Shown: positions 59,330-64,000 of the stretch, piece after piece
How the letters are laid out: the number at the start of each line of letters is the position of its first letter
Position numbering within the stretch: position 1 is the first letter of the stretch
Origin: Spirochaetia bacterium
Lineage (GTDB): Bacteria; Spirochaetota; Spirochaetia; CAKZLE01
NCBI GenBank assembly: GCA_963677595.1
Contig: OY782041.1
Span: 512,001-576,000, forward strand
DNA: 64,000 nt
Direction of reading: 5' to 3'
The notes under the pieces: model-generated
The model's input: only the letters and a program-made list of their open reading frames with translations
Database searches by the model: none
What the model was told of the DNA's origin: nothing
Position numbers and translations under genes: made by a program

Positions 59330-60034
59330 TATACCTGTTGAGAAGATTTCTTTCCATGGAAAAATATATTATACTGTCTGAAACCAGGGATCGGAGGTGA
59401 CCGTATGTCCAGATTCTTCAAGAAGCGGGATGCAGTACTCGGCAAGCGCCCGGGAGAACTCGTCTATATAGGCAAGCACGGTACGAATGTACTCCGTGCC
59501 GATACGATCAGCTATACCCATGCAGGGCTTGCGGAACAGGAGGGGCTCCCCGCTGACAGGGTCCCGAGGTCGGCACCGGACGGGAACCTGTGGGTCAATG
59601 TCGAGGGTATCTCCGATGTCCCAGCCATGGAACAGCTGGAATCCCTCTGGGACCTCGATCCTCTGGTCGCGGCCAGTATCATGCATACCGGGACGAGGCC
59701 GATGATCATGAGGACCGGGGACGGGATCTTCTTCCTCATGAAGATGCTCTGCTACGACGAGGACCACGGGAGGATCACCTCCGAGCAGCTGAGCATGCTC
59801 ATCACCGATTCCAGGCTGATCACCTTCCAGGAAGCTGCCGGGGATGTCTTCGATGCTGTCAGGGCAAGGCTCGGGGATGTGAACTCACGCCTCAGGCACA
59901 GCGGCGTTGACTACCTCGCCTTCTCCCTCATGGATTCCATCGTGGACAACTATATGCTCATCATCCAGAACATAGCGGAAGCGGTAGAGAACATCGAGGA
60001 GAAGATGCTCGAGAGACCCGACGAGACGGTCATC
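59330..60034 (+). repeat. 705-bp direct repeat, copy 1
   Basis: Matches 62195-62899 (offset 2865); the ORF translations are identical. Confidence 0.92.
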
Positions 60035-60094
60035 CCCGGTCTTTTTACCAGAATTAGCGAGTATGCCCATTTTCCCCATTTCAGCCCTGTCTAG
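59405..60094 (+). pseudogene. corA: Truncated corA duplicate
   Basis: Identical to the intact copy up to DETVIP, then reads into the IS end and stops. Confidence 0.9.
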
Positions 60095-62194
60095 GGCTAT
60101 TTTTTTGGCCATTACGAATTTTTAAAGAAATATTACTGTGCTACGTTGTACCACGTTGCGCCACGCTACCAAATGTGTTACACTATATTACACAGGAGGT
60201 AGCCCATGCATGTCTCCGTTATCCCAGAACACGCAACCGGCAAGCATCTGATGCAGTACGTCACAAGTACCCGCAAAGGGAAAAAGACTAAGAAAACCAC
60301 GGAGGAAACCATCGGCTATGTCGAGGACTTCCTTGATCGCTATGATGACCCGGTCGCTCACTTCAAAGCAGAGGCCAAGCGGATCACAGCAGAGCGGAAA
60401 GCTCAGCAGAAGACTATAGGGGTTGAACTCCAACCCGATGCACGGCTTCCCTTCGATCCGGATACCCACAGCTTCTCCCGTGAATTCAACATCGGCCATG
60501 CGGCGATCAGTCAGGTATTCCACACCCTTGACCTCCACACCTTCTTTGATCGGCGCCGGATAAAGCTTGATGTGCAGTTCAATCTGACCGCTGTCATGAA
60601 ACTCCTCATCTATGAGCGTATTCTGGCTCCTGCCTCCAAACGCGCTACCTGGAAGTCTCGAAGGCGATACTTTGACAAGATGGACTTCAATCTCAATGCG
60701 GTATACCAGACCCTTTCTCACATCAACCCCTGGACTGATGACCTGATCGCTCACCTGCATGCGAAGATGGTAGAACTCTATGACCGGGATACCACCCTCA
60801 TGTACTATGATGTGACCAACTACTACTTTGAGATCGACGAAGCTGATGATTTTCGCATAAGGGGAATCTGCAAGGAGCACCGTCCGTTACCGATCGTGCA
60901 GATGGGGCTGTTCATGGATGAACAGGGCTTCCCGGTGTCCTTTGACTTGTTTCCCGGTAATGTCAATGACTGCCTGACCTTTGAAGCAATGAGCGAGCAT
61001 GCCAGAACCCTGTTTGAGGCCAAGCATCTGATCTTCGTAGCTGACAAGGCCATGCTCACGGGGAACAACATCGCAGATGTGATCCTCCATCATAACGGGT
61101 ATGTCTTCAGCAAGTCGGTACGGGGCGGGACGAAAAAACTCAAGCAGGCGGTCAGGGATCCTCATGGCTATCTGCGGTTTGCGGAAGACGGGAAGCTCAT
61201 TGCGCCTGGTGACAACGAGACGGCAGTCTGGTCCAAGTACAAGATCCTTGATGAGCAGAAACCCACCTATGTGACGAACACGGACGGCAAGCGGGTAGCC
61301 TCCTCAGGTGTTGGCCACTACCAGATCATCTATTGGTCACGTGCGTATGACAAACGAGCCAAAGCGCAGCGGCTGGAAGCGGTAGAGCATGCGCTTGATG
61401 CATCATCACGGCAGAGTAAGGAAGTCATCGACAGTAACTACGGGAAGAACAAGTATCTGATGACCATGGTCTATGATCCCCAGACCAAGAAGTATACCGA
61501 CAACTATAAGGCCAAGACGGAGTTTGATGCTGCCAAGCTTGAAGAAGATGAGTCGTTTGACGGATTCTATGTCATTGAGACCAATGTGACGGGGCTCAGA
61601 CCGTTTGTCGATGCCAGGGGACATGAGACCGGTGAACTCGAGCCTGCGTTTGCCACACCTCACCGCTGGCTCAAAGAAGAGGGCATGCTGCAGCTCAACC
61701 GGCCGATTGGCCCTCTGGATATTATTACGATGTACCATGGGCTGTGGAAGATCGAACAGTCCTTCAGGGTCACCAAGAGTGAGTTGGATGCCCGTCCGGT
61801 CTTTCTGTCTTTAGAGGATCGAATTCATTCCCACTTCCTTACCTGCTTCATCGCTCTGCTCATCCTGCGTATCCTGGAGCATGAACTCGATCATGAATTC
61901 TCAACAGAGCAGATAGGGACTTCCCTGAATCAGGCGAATGTCGCAGAGATCACTGGGGCAACGTACATGACTTTGCAGTACGATGAAGTCCAAAAGGCTT
62001 TGAAGGAAAAGATGGGAATCCCGTTCGGCATGAATGTATACTCGAGAGCTGCGATCAAGAAGATGATCGCTGAGACGAAAAAAAACCGGAAACGGTAGGG
62101 ACGTACTACAAGTTTTTTTAGCCAGGTGCTGACCTATTGTGTTGTATTGCAATAGGTTAGCGCCGTCATTTCCTAAATTGGTAAAAACACAGGG
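60035..62194 (+). mobile_element. IS1634-family insertion sequence
   Basis: Imperfect IRs CCCGGTCTTTTTACCA and TGGTAAAAACACAGGG abut the long direct repeats. Confidence 0.9.
60206..62098 (+). CDS. IS1634-family DDE transposase
   Basis: YYDVTNYYFE, KEHR..PIVQMGL, VADKA and WKIEQSFRVTKSEL..RPVF. Confidence 0.92.
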   Translation: MHVSVIPEHATGKHLMQYVTSTRKGKKTKKTTEETIGYVEDFLDRYDDPVAHFKAEAKRITAERKAQQKTIGVELQPDARLPFDPDTHSFSREFNIGHAAISQVFHTLDLHTFFDRRRIKLDVQFNLTAVMKLLIYERILAPASKRATWKSRRRYFDKMDFNLNAVYQTLSHINPWTDDLIAHLHAKMVELYDRDTTLMYYDVTNYYFEIDEADDFRIRGICKEHRPLPIVQMGLFMDEQGFPVSFDLFPGNVNDCLTFEAMSEHARTLFEAKHLIFVADKAMLTGNNIADVILHHNGYVFSKSVRGGTKKLKQAVRDPHGYLRFAEDGKLIAPGDNETAVWSKYKILDEQKPTYVTNTDGKRVASSGVGHYQIIYWSRAYDKRAKAQRLEAVEHALDASSRQSKEVIDSNYGKNKYLMTMVYDPQTKKYTDNYKAKTEFDAAKLEEDESFDGFYVIETNVTGLRPFVDARGHETGELEPAFATPHRWLKEEGMLQLNRPIGPLDIITMYHGLWKIEQSFRVTKSELDARPVFLSLEDRIHSHFLTCFIALLILRILEHELDHEFSTEQIGTSLNQANVAEITGATYMTLQYDEVQKALKEKMGIPFGMNVYSRAAIKKMIAETKKNRKR

Positions 62195-62899
62195 TATACC
62201 TGTTGAGAAGATTTCTTTCCATGGAAAAATATATTATACTGTCTGAAACCAGGGATCGGAGGTGACCGTATGTCCAGATTCTTCAAGAAGCGGGATGCAG
62301 TACTCGGCAAGCGCCCGGGAGAACTCGTCTATATAGGCAAGCACGGTACGAATGTACTCCGTGCCGATACGATCAGCTATACCCATGCAGGGCTTGCGGA
62401 ACAGGAGGGGCTCCCCGCTGACAGGGTCCCGAGGTCGGCACCGGACGGGAACCTGTGGGTCAATGTCGAGGGTATCTCCGATGTCCCAGCCATGGAACAG
62501 CTGGAATCCCTCTGGGACCTCGATCCTCTGGTCGCGGCCAGTATCATGCATACCGGGACGAGGCCGATGATCATGAGGACCGGGGACGGGATCTTCTTCC
62601 TCATGAAGATGCTCTGCTACGACGAGGACCACGGGAGGATCACCTCCGAGCAGCTGAGCATGCTCATCACCGATTCCAGGCTGATCACCTTCCAGGAAGC
62701 TGCCGGGGATGTCTTCGATGCTGTCAGGGCAAGGCTCGGGGATGTGAACTCACGCCTCAGGCACAGCGGCGTTGACTACCTCGCCTTCTCCCTCATGGAT
62801 TCCATCGTGGACAACTATATGCTCATCATCCAGAACATAGCGGAAGCGGTAGAGAACATCGAGGAGAAGATGCTCGAGAGACCCGACGAGACGGTCATC
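62195..62899 (+). repeat. 705-bp direct repeat, copy 2
   Basis: Matches 59330-60034. Confidence 0.92.
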
Positions 62900-63328
62900 C
62901 CCGATATCGTCTTCCACAAGAAGGAGCTGCTCTACCTGAGGAAGACGATCCTCCCCTTCCGGGACGCCCTGCGCCAGTTCCTCAGCGACCTGCCGCCGCT
63001 CTTTGCCGATTCCGAGCGGTTCCTCCAGGACCTCCTCTCCAACCTGCTCCATATCGTGGACACGATCGAGGTCTACCGGGAGATCACCTCAGGGCTGCAG
63101 AACACCTATGACTCCTTCATGAACAACCGGCTCAATGACATCATGCGGTTCCTCACCATCTTCTCAGTCATCTTCCTGCCGCTGACGCTGATCACCGGGA
63201 TCTACGGGACGAACTTCGACTACATCCCGGAGCTGCACTTCGCCTATGGGTATCTGTTCCTCTGGGGGACGCTGGTCATCTCCACCGTGGTCATGATCAT
63301 CATCTTCAAGAAGAAGAAATGGCTCTGA
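62270..63328 (+). CDS. corA: Magnesium/cobalt transporter CorA
   Basis: N..M..LT..S.IFLPLT.ITGIYGTNF..IPEL (GTN variant of GMN). Confidence 0.9.
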   Translation: MSRFFKKRDAVLGKRPGELVYIGKHGTNVLRADTISYTHAGLAEQEGLPADRVPRSAPDGNLWVNVEGISDVPAMEQLESLWDLDPLVAASIMHTGTRPMIMRTGDGIFFLMKMLCYDEDHGRITSEQLSMLITDSRLITFQEAAGDVFDAVRARLGDVNSRLRHSGVDYLAFSLMDSIVDNYMLIIQNIAEAVENIEEKMLERPDETVIPDIVFHKKELLYLRKTILPFRDALRQFLSDLPPLFADSERFLQDLLSNLLHIVDTIEVYREITSGLQNTYDSFMNNRLNDIMRFLTIFSVIFLPLTLITGIYGTNFDYIPELHFAYGYLFLWGTLVISTVVMIIIFKKKKWL

Positions 63329-63406
63329 GACCTTTTGGCAGAACGATCGATCCATGATAGAATAAACTCTATACAAATAGACAAAGACGATAAGGAGACT
63401 TGCCTC

Positions 63407-64000
63407 ATGATAGGAGTTGAAGAGTATACCGGGAGGATAGACCGGGTCAGGACCCGCTGCAGGGAGGAGGGCCTCGATGCGTTCCTGGCAACCTCGGGAG
63501 ACAACCTCTATTACCTGACAGGTAAGTCCTTCATGCCGTTCGAGCGGCCCTTCATCCTGATCATCAGGGCTGAGGGTGAACCGACGTTCATCGTCCCGCA
63601 GCTCGAGGTGGACCATCTCCGGGTGATCAGCCATATAACGGATTTCGTGACCTACTATGAGTACCCTGCCGAGCAGGAGAAGAGCTGGCACACGATCCTC
63701 TCACAGCAGACTGCAGGCATGAAGAGGATCGGGACCGACCTCTATACCCGGTCGGAGATCTTCAGCCTCCTGGGAAAGGAAGCTGAGGTGGAGTGCTTTG
63801 ACTGGGTCTACAGCCAGAGGTTCACCAAGTCGCCGGCGGAGATCGATATGCTCAGGGAGACAGCCCGGTATGTGAGGGCCTCCATGGGTGATTTCATGGG
63901 GAAGGTACGTAAGGGGTCCATGGTCCTCGACACGCTGGAACCAGCCAAGCAGGCACAGAAGAAGGCCATGATGGACCGGGGATTCGATATCGACTTCCTC
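63407..64000 (+). CDS. M24 Xaa-Pro peptidase / creatinase family, 5' part
   Basis: AAGGAG RBS; GLDAFL....NLYYLTG....FERP and R..KSPAEI. Confidence 0.8.
   Translation, partial: MIGVEEYTGRIDRVRTRCREEGLDAFLATSGDNLYYLTGKSFMPFERPFILIIRAEGEPTFIVPQLEVDHLRVISHITDFVTYYEYPAEQEKSWHTILSQQTAGMKRIGTDLYTRSEIFSLLGKEAEVECFDWVYSQRFTKSPAEIDMLRETARYVRASMGDFMGKVRKGSMVLDTLEPAKQAQKKAMMDRGFDIDFL

Overview
The window is bacterial chromosome, probably from a Spirochaetia member (an inference from the integrase family and protein style). Housekeeping DNA at 1-15474 holds the trmJ end, a frameshifted cysE, mnmA, alpha-amylase, TetR, GDPD, GNAT, tRNA-Asp, sdpR/sdpI-like genes, glf, topA, sdaA and tRNA-Ala. A ~38 kb HK97-type siphoprophage is integrated in tRNA-Ala(GGC) (attL ~15453-15474, attR ending 53769). 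An IS1634-family element sits inside the attR core. After the prophage come an AbiE type IV toxin-antitoxin pair, a peroxiredoxin with a Fur/PerR box, MscS, and corA, whose 5' 705 bp are duplicated around a second IS1634. The most unusual signal is in the phage early operon (45600-46570). It carries three tRNA mimics that keep the acceptor stem and T-arm but have lost or replaced the D/anticodon half, plus a hairpin whose loop is complementary to the integrase leader 31 kb away. The phage also carries an AT-rich circular-bacteriocin-like (DUF95/ABC) operon and a three-gene GAPS4-like candidate defence operon, and has no recognisable endolysin. All family calls come from motif recognition by eye; no searches were run.
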